Positions 26,801-37,608 of a stretch of DNA of 64,000 nt are shown piece after piece (within the stretch, counting starts at the first letter, position 1; each line of letters starts with the position of its first letter). Source of the stretch: Klebsormidium nitens. Taxonomy: Eukaryota; Plantae; Klebsormidiophyceae. The notes under the pieces are model-generated. The model saw nothing but the letters and a program-made list of their open reading frames with translations. It had not been told where the DNA came from and made no database searches. The position numbers and the translations under genes are program-made. The stretch lies in the NCBI GenBank assembly GCA_000708835.1, contig DF237344.1, positions 1 through 64,000 of the forward strand. Direction: 5' to 3'.

Positions 26801-28239
26801 GGCGCGGTGGGTACCCCCCAGCTGCTCGCGCTCAGCGGAATCGGACCGGAACCGGCGCTCCGGGGCCTCGGCATAACCCCCCGGGTCAACCTCCCTGTCG
26901 GGCTTAACCTCGCGGATAACCCGCTTGTCGGGCTGCTAATCCAGTTGGGCGACTTCCCCAGGGAGCGGGGCCTGGCCTCAGTCGCCGGCATAACGGGGCA
27001 GCACATCCACCTGGCGATGGTCGGGGAGAAAGCGGCGACGGGGGGAATAGCCTGGGGGATCGTGCCCGACTTACCGCCCCGGTTGCGAACCCCCGAAACC
27101 CTGGCAGCGATGGCAGCCGCGGTGGAGGCGCTCTCGCCGGATGACCGGGAGCAGCTCACTCGGGCGGTGCTGGTCTTAGTCAAGGTAGGGGGCTTTGGAT
27201 GCAAAGATGATCATTCTGAGAAGCCTTGCGGCCGTAGCTAGTCGTGTAAGCAGCGACTTGGATTGCGTACGCCCAATATTGATTTTGCGAGCGCGGAAAT
27301 GCTGAAGAAGAGGAACCGGTCTGACTTTGACAAAGCGATTCTGCCAGGCGAAGGTGTGTGGCAAGGAACCGGGCGGTAAAGCCGAGGATATCAACTGCGA
27401 AAGACGGAAAGGTTGCTTTTCCGGCATGCCTTAATGGTGACCGGAGTGTTGGAGTTTATACGAGGCAGCGACTACGTCTTTGCGTGTCTGTCACAGACTT
27501 TATGCCTTCTTGTCACCTTTGTGTGCTGCTTTGCTTCTGAACGAGGTTTAAACTTCCTTCGAAAGCGAGGTCATCAAGACCATTGCTTGTCCTCTCGAAA
27601 GCGACAAGGGTCCTTCACTTACAAGATTGCAGTCATGGACGATCGCTAATATGTGCATCCATTTGGACCGCCTTCACCTGAGAGGGGTCTCAAAACTTAC
27701 AGACTGAAAGGCGGAAACTCCTTCGTTCCTTGCAGGCCTACCGGGTTAAGTCCCGGGGCAGCGTAACCCTCCGATCAACCGACCCCCGCGCGCAGCCGGC
27801 GGTCGACCTCGCCCATTTCCAGCACCCTGATGACGTCACCGACGGCATTGCTGCCATCAGCGTTCTGAGATCGATCCTTGGTTCCCAAACCCTGAACCCC
27901 TGGAAGTGCGACACGGTCCCCGACGCGCTCCTGCGGCTCGTCCCCGGCCTGGCCGCCATCCCCCCGGGGCAGTTTCCCGGGGCGCTCCCTTTCCTCCCGG
28001 ACGAAGCAGACGCCGCCACGTGGCTCAAAGACAAGGTGGTCACGTGCTGGCACACGCACGGCACGTGCCGGGTGGGCGAGGTGGTGGACACGTGGCACCG
28101 CGTGAAGGGCGTGAGGGCGCTGCGCGTCATGGATGCGTCGGTCCTGAGGGACTGCCCGGGGACCAGTCCGATGGCGACGATCATGGCGCTGGGCAGGGTT
28201 TTGGGGCTGCGGATGTGCGCGGAGCGGCCGCGCCGCTGA
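23856..28239 (+). CDS. GMC (glucose-methanol-choline) oxidoreductase, HOTHEAD/mandelonitrile-lyase-like, about 571 aa, 8 exons
   Basis: Exons 23856-23919, 24111-24131, 24599-24792, 25017-25103, 25558-25782, 26096-26234, 26703-27184, 27736-28239. FAD-binding YDYIVVGGGAGG..LLLERG, VLGGGTAVN, EVILCAGAVGTPQLL..SGIGP, WHTHGTC, LRVMDAS. The first two small exons are inferred from phase compatibility only. Confidence 0.88.
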
Positions 28240-29927
28240 GCCGAAGAGAGGACAAATCGACGGAACGAATGCTGACCGACTCGTTTGTGGTGTTCAAGAT
28301 GCCGCTGGAAACGGATCTGCTTTAGATAGATGTTGCGTTCGTCAGATAAAAGTTTGTCACTTGTGGGTTTGTTTCTGTAGAATTGCAAGTTGGAGTTGGT
28401 TTGGCTACGGCAGAGTACGATAACAAGCCGCGCGGTGGGTTCTTTCCTATCAGTGCCGCCTTGAGGCTTTTAGGAAGCACCATGCACATGAGGTGATCTT
28501 GAAGGCTTTTGGGGGGGTTGTTTGGCCTTGCAAAGTGTGTGTCCTCCAGAGGACCCCTGGATTTCAAACTTTTGATCGAACAGTGTGAAGGCAAAGTCGT
28601 TTTCTACGGCTCGAGAACATTGATCCCCGCGAGCGATGGGTATGTTTCAGCACACATTGAAACGGGCACTTTGAATGATAACTTAGAGCTTTGATTCAGA
28701 ACTGCCTGGTGGGCATGTAGACCTCGAGATGGATGGAAGTACAATACGGGACGTTGTCAAGCTAGATTGTCGACTTTCATCGGATAGTATATGTGTGACA
28801 TGATGGAGATTGCGGACGGTCCTTGCCATCGGGTTGTCGAGTGCAAGCTAGGCCTTTTCTCAACGGTCGCGTCTGATCCGCATGGCAAAGGGCACCGCGA
28901 AGAAAGGCATGTTGCTGACTCTGCGGCCAGGCGTCTTATAGCCTACATTTATCAGGTGTAAGCGCGGTGGCCAAGCGACATATGCAGTGATAACCTGCAA
29001 CACGAAATGCAGCCGGTGCACTCTACTTGTCGCGAAGCTGTCTCTCAGCACTTGAACTTTGTAATCGCACCATGACTCTTTCGCAATGTTTGAAGAGTGA
29101 GCAGCCTGGCAGCTGTAGATCCTGTGCGGACGATCCAAGCCTGCCGGCTGATCCATGCGCAGATGTCTACTTTTTCAAGCTGCATGGATCGGAATATCGA
29201 AACGCCTCTAATTCCGAGGATCTAGTCTGGCATGTGAAACACAAACGCGTACGGTATAGCCCTGGCCTTTTGCACGTCCATTATAGCGCATGAGGTCCGC
29301 CGACTCGCATGGCAATTAAATATCGCAGTAGCTCGACCCACCAGATTCGAAAACACTTCAAGCTAGCTCGTAGACAATTGGCTCCAGCACGATCCGAAAA
29401 CGGATGACGCCGGATTTAATATGCCACCAGAGGCGCCCGCGGTGGCAAAGTCAGCACTTGCCAGGTTTTTGTTCCATGCATATGCTTGATCGGCAAGTGC
29501 ACGTACTACGAGCTGAGAGGAGTACTACTACGATTCTGAGGATCACATGTGGACATTATGCTCAGCTCAAAGTGGCCAGCGGGCACGTCGTCAAATTCCA
29601 TGCAGGGCATTCAGCTGGAAGCCTTGAAAGCTAAAAGGTTGATTGAGCTGTGCATACATGTAAGCTGCTATCTAATCATTCAGACTTGATGCTCTGCGTC
29701 ATTGCAATCCCATACTGCTCACGAGTCAAGTCAACGACGAACGTCATCAGCTGCACTGATTAATACAAAACTTATCGTTCGATCTCTAGTATTAGATTGC
29801 CTCATCACGTGAAGGCAAGCTCATGAGCGAGTAGACCTCACCTTGCGCTCATTTTCAAATGAAAGCGAAGGTCCTGATCAACCACGGTCCTCGCCCACAC
29901 TCAGAAGCTAACTGCAAATCCCTCCGT

Positions 29928-32900
29928 TCAAATCAAAGAGTCATCTTCGTCTTTGAGATCGTAGTACTTGTTGCTCTTGGGGTCGTAAAAGCATTTGAGG
30001 ATGGGGTCGAAGAGCAGATCCATGTCCTCCGGCCTCATCGTCAAGTTAAGGGCAGCAATCGACGCCGGCCGACTTCGCGGGTTATTCTCCTGGGCTGCCG
30101 GGTTCGTGACGTCAGCAGGAACCGTGTCTGCGCTGGGACTGACGTCAGCGGCTGCCGTCCACTCGGACAGGCTGGTCTCGACCTCGGACGTCCGCCTGCT
30201 GACGTTACCAGTCCTCTTTGCCCTGGACGCTGGATCCAGCCCCGCTGGCTGCCGGGGATCCCTCGAAGATCGCGGGCCACTTCTGTTGCTGACACGTGGC
30301 GCCAGACTCTCTCTCAAGCTGCTTCTGCTGCTGCCACGTGTAAGTGAGCCGCTCACGTCAGCAGCTCTGTCGTTGCCGCCGTGCCCCGATCTGCTGTTAC
30401 TCGTTCTCCTCCGGCCGGAAAGACCTCTAAAGCTTCGCCGCTCGGCACTGAGGCTCGGGCCGCCCTCGGAACCCTCTAAGCTTCCCAGGCTGCTCCGCAC
30501 GTCGTCCTCCGCTTCCCAATCGATGCTCGGCGGCCGTTTCTCTGCCCCCAGAGCTTTTGCCATCCCCGATCCCCTGAAAAGCCTTTCGCTTTCCTCCTGT
30601 TCCTCAGTCACCAAACTTCGACTGCCCCGTAACCCCGCAGATATTCTTTCGCCTTTCCTTTCTTCACTACTTCGTAGATCTCCGGAAACACGCCCCCACC
30701 CCCCGCTTTCCTTACTCAGCGGGCTGTTCCTTTGGCTGCCTGCCCCCTCCCCTTTCTGCGCATTCCAGTCGTCTCTTCGCACCCTTTCCTGTGACGCCCT
30801 TGGAGTGACGTCACTGTCGTCACTCTCCTGGCTGTACCGGCTGTTCGATCGGCGAGAGCGCCACGTGTCCTCCGAAGCGCGCCCGCTGCTGGCTGCCTCG
30901 TGGTGCACCTCAAAGTGCTCAATCACTCCAGTCTCGGAGTGCTTGTTCACACCACCGTCCTCACCGAAGCGCGCGTTCACACCACCCTCCTCTTCGGAGC
31001 GCTCGTTCACAGCAGTGTCTCTTCCCATGTGCTCGTTCACACCGGCCTCTCCACCAAAGCGCTCATTCACACCATCCTCCTCAATGGCGTCAGCTTCCAA
31101 ACCCCCAGATCTCCCCGTCAGATCCCTTCGCCTACTCGCACTTTCCCAGGGCTCATTTACAACATCGTCCTCCAAGCGCCCATTCACACCTTCGTCTCTG
31201 CGCGCCTCATCCCACTCCTCCATCGCCGCCACCGCCAACAGTTTCTCCTCCCGCATCGTTTCGCGCTCGTCCACCCCCCCAAACTCTTCCTGTTCTCTAC
31301 CCACCAGATCGAACGAAGGCTGAACCTCCGCCGTCTTTGCCTCGTCCCCCGACCCCCTCACGGAGCTTCTCCGGGAGAACCCGTCCGTTTTGCTGCGCCA
31401 CAGTTCCGCCCGGGGGGAGTTCCGCGTGCCAGCTGTCAGCCCCGCCAGCTCCTTCTCCAGCTCAGCCAAAACGTCCCGGGCCTCTAAGCCTCGTTCCCGG
31501 GGTGAAGCGTCCCGTGGGGCCCTGTTTTCGGACGGCTCACCAACCTTTGGTTCCGAAAGAGGCGTCTCCACCCGTGACAGGGCCTCCCCTTCCTCGCTAA
31601 ACCGCACGGTGCGCCGGCTGGATCCCCGGCTGCTTCTGCTATCATCAGCCGTCTCTTTTGGAGACTGTTCCAGCGGAAAGGATTTGTCGCGCTGCGCAGA
31701 CATTTGCCCTCGCTCTAGTTTCTTTGCCTGCTTCCAATCCGCACTCATGGAAGCGAGCAGAGTCTCTTCCGGCGTCTCGGTCCCCGCACCGTCTCCCCAC
31801 GCAGTCACCGGACTCTCCGCTCGAACCGGAAGCTTCTTCGCGGCTTCTTTCTTGCTCGGACCCGGCACGTTGCCGGCTTTCCCTGCCTTTCCAGAAGGCG
31901 CAACCGCGTTCGGGGCCCCCGTTTTGCTCATTTCCGCTTTTCCCGGAACTCGCCGTTTTGACGCGGGCGCCTCCGGCTCACTTGAGCGCTCCGTCGGGCT
32001 CCACTCCTCGCCTGCGTCGTCCTCCTCCGCTGATGCCACGTGACCGTTTCTCTTCGGCGCTTTCAGCTCCTGCGCGCTCGCTTTCCGACTCGAAGGCAAC
32101 CGCTCGCTCTTCTCCCCTTTCTTAACGGCGCCCTGCGGGGCTTCAACCCCACCACTTCTGTGCGACAAGTCGACATTGGAAGGGACCACGATCAACGGAG
32201 CCGGGGGAACGGCCGTCCGCGATCCAAAGGCCACGTGGGTGCTCCCTGAGAGCCGTTTTGCGCCCCCCTTCGTCGAGAGGGGGTCCTCCGAGCTCAGCCG
32301 CTTGGCCGACGCCGTCTCTGCGAGCGCCCCCCTGATGCGAGACGCGTTGAGAACTTGGTTCTTGTACTGGACGCCTGTCGGATAGTCCAGGCTGGAGGGG
32401 ACGGGTTCTCCCACAAACGAGGGGTCGGCGGAGTCGATCGGCTGCTGGCGAAGAGTGAAGATCTTGCGCAGCCGGCACACGCTCCCAAGGACCAGAACGT
32501 CTAGCGACCTGTGTGGGATGGGTATGGAGGAGTGAGTCTTTAGCTGACTTAATGTGAACGAGCTCACAATTTGTCGACTTTCGAAGCCTGATCAAGGGTG
32601 TTGTTTGTTGCCTGCGATGGATAGAAAGTGATACACGATGATGCTTGGACTCTATCAAGGTCCGTTGCAAAGGTCGGTCGAAGTGGAGGGCTCGCAAATG
32701 TGCAAGAGTTTTAAGCTTGAGACGTACGCAAAAGTAGACAATTGAGATGTCTCACATGAAGTCCAAGGTATTGAACAGCAGAGGAGACTGGGCGTTTGAC
32801 TAAAGCTGACACCTTAGTTTTGCAGATCATGTTCTTTTCTTTAGTTTACCACTGCAGGAAGCACAGATTTCAAGTCTCAGCGGGCGAACTGCAGTTGGTA

Positions 32901-34119
32901 AAGAACGGTTCCGGCCAAGCGCTTGGTTCAGTGTGACAATCTTCACCACATTCTTTGGGCAACATAATCCCGATCACTGATTCTGATAAGCTTCTGAATG
33001 GTGACAGATCGCCCTTTTTCGCTGCTTCACATGCCTGGATAGAAGCAGTGGTGACCAATCTAAGAATACAACCAAAACCTATTTGACTGACTAAAGATGG
33101 TCCAAAAAACGGCGTGCGTATCTCCACCTCCGCTATCTCTGTTTTCCTGAGTGAATTGGCCGAGCTCGATTTTTACCTCTCGAATTGCTTTCACTTGTGA
33201 TTCGTTTCTCATGTGCATGAGTCATGGAAGTTTGTTACGGAAAGCGGCTCACCTGTAGGTGAGGCCCCGGAAGCAAGCGCCAAAGAGATCGACCAGGTCA
33301 AAGGCGAGGTTCAGCCAGACATCTCTTTCCAGGGCGGTTAGAGGGACTTGGCAGTGCAGCGGCGTCGTCTTGACTTCGTGGAACGCTGTGGAGAAGTAGA
33401 GCTTCCTCTTTGAACCGCTGCTATCAGTAACCTGCAGGGAGCAGGAAATGTTGAGCAATGAGAAAAGAAACGTCGAGATTCACTCTTCTGACGTAAACAT
33501 CGAGATTCATTCTTCTGACGTAACTCAAGTGCGTAGCGAGAGACTGAAGGAGGTCCTGTGCAAGAGAGCAAGTGACTGAAGCAAAGCCGGCACTCGATTC
33601 CCAAAGGTCAAGATGCACGAGAGTACAGCTAGCTCCTGCAGTCAGAACATCGAGTTGGGAACCCGTTTCAAGTACAATTGTGGGCAAGTTTACCACAGAG
33701 CAAATGTGGACTGATACGCTGGTCAATGAACTGCCTGCAGACAGCAGCTCCCCTTCTTGCTTGCGACTGCAAGAACAGCATGCACAGGACCAAGTAGTAT
33801 AACACTTTCGGCTCAAATTCGCATGGTTTCGGAAGCTTACCCCAAGCTCAATGGCGAAATGCTGCCCTGCAGGGGCATAGATTTGCAACACCAGAAACTG
33901 CTGCAGGAAGTGGAGGGGCGACTTCCTCTCGTCTTTCGGTAGCTGGAGCTTGGAAGCTGCTCCAGTGAGGGTGTAGACGTAACCCTTGACTGTCTTCTCG
34001 TACACCTTTTGCACGCCCTTCTCGCCCGACAGTTTGCAGTTGACCAACGGGTTACTCCCGCTGCTCGAGAAGGCCTCCACGAAGGGGCCTCCTTGGTAGG
34101 ACGACGCAGAGGCCACCAT
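29928..34119 (-). CDS. CFAP20DC: CFAP20-domain-containing protein (C3orf67/CFAP20DC-like), about 1012 aa, 3 exons
   Basis: Exons 34119-33841, 33431-33253, 32508-29928 with consistent phases. N-terminal CFA20-type domain (YQGGPFVEAFS..VYEKTVKGYVY..FLVLQI..FAIELG..WLNLAFDL..CRLRKIFTL), a long disordered middle, and C-terminal DLLFDPILKCFYDPKSNKYYDL typical of C3orf67. Confidence 0.85.
30930..31079 (-). repeat. Five degenerate 30-bp coding tandem repeats in CFAP20DC
   Basis: Encode EDGVNERFGG/EAGVNEHMGR/DTAVNERSEE/EGGVNARFGE/DGGVNKHSET; a TTCACA-type core recurs every 30 nt on the + strand. Confidence 0.75.
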
Positions 34120-34555
34120 GGCTCCGAAAGCAAGACGGTCAGGCTCTAATTACGTTTCGAGGTTCGCGTGGGAAGCTGTGAGCGTAACGTGCTGCATCCT
34201 GCTTCTCAGAGCGAGCCCCACAATGTTTTTTAGGGAACCATGTGCATTGAACACGAGCGTTCAAGATGTGGGTGACACTGCAGGGCAAACTCTCTAAGAA
34301 TTCGTGGTTTCTTAAACGCTTGTGCTGCTCGCTCTCGAAGGAAGAGCTTTTTTCTGCACTCGGCATCTGCAATTCAGAAGTTCTTGAGCTGGCCAGAGAA
34401 TCTCGACATAGCTGCAACTAGCTTGGAACCCTAATTCGCCTTCCTTTTCTGCGCGCAGCTCCGCGCGCGCGGCTGATAGATGGTTAAATTGATTTGTTGG
34501 TTACGCTTGAACCCAGTCTTAACAGCTCGAAGAGAAGCCGTTTCCTGCCACGTAA

Positions 34556-34954
34556 GGGTAGAGTCATTTTGAAAGTGGTACCCCCCCATAATTCTATGGG
34601 GGTGGGGGGCCCCAGTGGACCAAGATGCNNNNNNNNNNNNNNNNNNNNNNNNNNNNNNNNNNNNNNNNNNNNNNNNNNNNNNNNNNNNNNNNNNNNNNNN
34701 NNNNNNNNNNNNNNNNNNNNNNNNNNNNNNNNNNNNNNNNNNNNNNNNNNNNNNNNNNNNNNNNNNNNNNNNNNNNNNNNNNNNNNNNNNNNNNNNNNNN
34801 NNNNNNNNNNNNNNNNNNNNNNNNNNNNNNNNNNNNNNNNNNNNNNNNNNNNNNNNNNNNNNNNNNNNNNNNNNNNNGGGCCTTAGGAAAACACCCCCTT
34901 GAAAAATGGTCGATAGAATTATGGGGGGGTACCGGTTACAAGATGACGGTACCC
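34556..34954. mobile_element. TIR DNA transposon, PIF/Harbinger (Tourist)-like, spanning the assembly gap
   Basis: 42-bp inverted repeats 34556-34597 and 34913-34954 match at 36/42 and begin GGGTA/end TACCC. TAA on both sides (34553-34555, 34955-34957). The interior is mostly N. Confidence 0.75.
34629..34877. other. Assembly gap (249 N)
   Basis: Run of n in the sequence; true length unknown. Confidence 1.
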
Positions 34955-35432
34955 TAAGTTCGGCTCGGTTCGATGGTCTCAGAACAGCTTCTCAATATCT
35001 TAACCCGAGACCCACATTACATATGTGCTCGAGACTTGTTGTCGGGAGGCTGAACCGAGGGCCAGTATGACATTGATACATGACTGTTGAAACTTATAAT
35101 CACAGTAGCCGGTAGTGTACCCCGGGCATAAGGGGAACGAAGTAAGTAGTTGGTCAACGCAAAGAGCCATGAAGCCAGATCCGGTTGCAATCTGGAAACC
35201 GCAGCAACTCCTTCCAACCAGCCATCCTTGCAGCTCAGAAGGCGCACTTCTCTGAGTTGCTCGTTGACATAGTCATTGAACGGAGTTTCTCAGCTGAGAG
35301 TCAAAAGCTTTTGCCATTGGAACCACCTTTCAGCCTTTCCTGCACTCCTTCTCGCCACCTCCTTCTCTCCGCTTTCAAACGACCCAACTTGCGGGCTCTT
35401 GCGCATTGCTTGTGCTCAGATCATCTCGCAAG

Positions 35433-36745
35433 ATGACGGTCTCAACAAGGCACACGAAGGTGAAGAGTGATAAGTTCCAGAAGAATATTCTGAAGAGAGG
35501 GGAAGTACCAAAGACTTCGGTAAGCTTCTCCGGCAATCTGTAGCACTGATTGATCTGATCTGGAGATAGAGACGTCGATGAGCCATGGTTCTGCGCCTAC
35601 TTTGTTCGTAGCTCAGGTCTGGCTTGCTTCGATTGTTTTGCATTGTGCTTTTAAAAGAATTTGGAGCTGACAGTGTCGAGCTCTTGTTCAAGATCGGCGT
35701 CTTACTGGTCGGGTTTTACCTCACCGTATTATTCATCTATTGTTGATTGACTTATTTCCGATTCTTTTCTGTTTGCCTGATCGCGTTTGCATCCTTAGGA
35801 TGGATTGAAGTAAGAAGGGCCCTGGGGACACAGCTGTCGTGTTTTGGTGTGAACCTTCATGTATGTACCTACGGAACTCTTGGTGGTGTGATTAGGGTTT
35901 GATTGAAGACTTGCCAGCTTCTTTAGCCAATCGGATGAGCGCAAGGTGCAATCTTCTTGCTGTCTCAAGTGCACGGATCGCTTGCCCGCTGAGCTTTGCT
36001 TGAGCTAGCTCTCTCGTTTGCATCTTTTGAGAATAGGAAGCTACTAGAGAATGAATCAGCTCTGCCGGTTTGCTTCTGACTTGGGCAACTCTGCGGTGTG
36101 ATGAAGCTCTACTTAATTAGACATATTGACCTGTCTCACCTTGTTAGCCTTCTGATCATCCCGGCCGTGCTGAATATTTGGATATTGCAACTCGCACAGT
36201 GGTTGAGGCAGCTTGCACTGAGTCAGGTTTGCTGTCTTTTGTCAAATTTTCTGAGGCACAAGGGCAGATGCTGAGGCAAAGGTCTGGTACAAGAATTGGG
36301 TTGTCTTTTGTTTTGTTTTCCTTCTTTTTCAAATTGCACACTCATTGGACGAGTCACTACTAATCTGTTTTGTTGGGACCCAATAGCCAGCATCTGACGT
36401 CAGAAAGTGGTCTTTGTTGCGCAGAAAAAGGAGGCCAAGTATCCGGTTGGCCCCATTGTCCTGGGCTTCTTCCTTTTCGTAGTGGTGGGCTCAGGCGAGG
36501 GCGTTTAACTTTCCTTTTATCTGTAAACACCTCTGTTTCTCAGCCTCTGATGTCTGCAGGTGTTCGTACTTTCAATGTATGTATCTTCATCTGCTGTCAA
36601 GTGTGTGTCTATGCATGACACAGAAGTGGCGAGGTAATCAGACTCTTTCGTTCTTACTCTCTGGTAAACTCATCTTCGACTTCGTTTCTGTGCAGCAATT
36701 CTGCAAATAATCAGGCAAGCGCAATCGGGTGCGCCTGTTGGTTAA
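35433..36745 (+). CDS. RAMP4: RAMP4/SERP1 stress-associated ER protein, 68 aa, 3 exons (absent from the ORF track)
   Basis: Exons 35433-35519, 36425-36494, 36696-36745 give MTVSTRHTKVKSDKFQKNILKRGEVPKTSKKEAKYPVGPIVLGFFLFVVVGSAILQIIRQAQSGAPVG. Intron 2 needs a GC donor at 36495. Confidence 0.92.
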
Positions 36746-37608
36746 GCAGAGCGGCCTGAAATAAGAGCATGTTGAGGTCGTCTGGTGTGTCCATTTGAGG
36801 AAGCACTACACGGGTCACTTAGAAAAGATGAAAGCGTCCAGACAAAGGTCAAGAGCGCCAAGCGGAAGAGGGAAAGAACTTAGAAGCAATAGTGAGCATA
36901 GAACAAGCGGAAGCGTCGCAAGTTTGTCTATTCCATATCAGTACGAATCACTTCGTTCCGGGATGGCTTGAATGTAAGAGGCGTGTGTATTCTAGCTGTC
37001 GTCCTGCATGCATTGGAAGCTCTAGTTGGCCGCTATATGTATTTCGCGCGTTTCGAGGTTAACACATGGGCCGTTACGCTTCTTGCCGCGGCCACAGTTT
37101 CACCACAAAGTTGTCAAGACATGGATGGGACATGTACACCTAGTCATGCAGTTGTTGCATACAGACTCATCGAGACTGAGTAATGCATATGATATAGGTC
37201 ATGACAACTGCAAACGATCAGCCTGGCCTGAGGTAAATTCAGTGCAATTGGCATACGGTTATCTCCCATCTTTTGCACTGGAGCCTGTCTGTTCCTTGCC
37301 AGTGCCCCGTTTTCAACGATGATACCATGCACCATTAGAATGGGCTTTGTGGCTAAAAAGGCTTTCTACAAGCAATGAACTCCAGGATAATCAATTATTG
37401 CACCCAATGTATTGTCTATATCATCCTTTTCTGGATTCTCTAGGTTGTATGCAGCTGCTAAAATTGACGGTAAATGATATCACTCGGACATTGGACGCTC
37501 TCATTTATCTAGAGCTCGAGTACTATCAGGCGGCTGGAGACCTCCAGATTCAGACACAGTGTTTTATGCGAAGGACTTTTCTATGATCGCGGGAAGCAGC
37601 TCTCGAAA

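Noticed and set aside
29995-32043. Long + strand ORFs (442 aa, 217 aa and others)
   Set aside because: Antisense shadows of CFAP20DC exon 3; S/P/L-rich with no motifs.
34494-34957. ORFs containing X runs
   Set aside because: Artefacts of translating the N gap.
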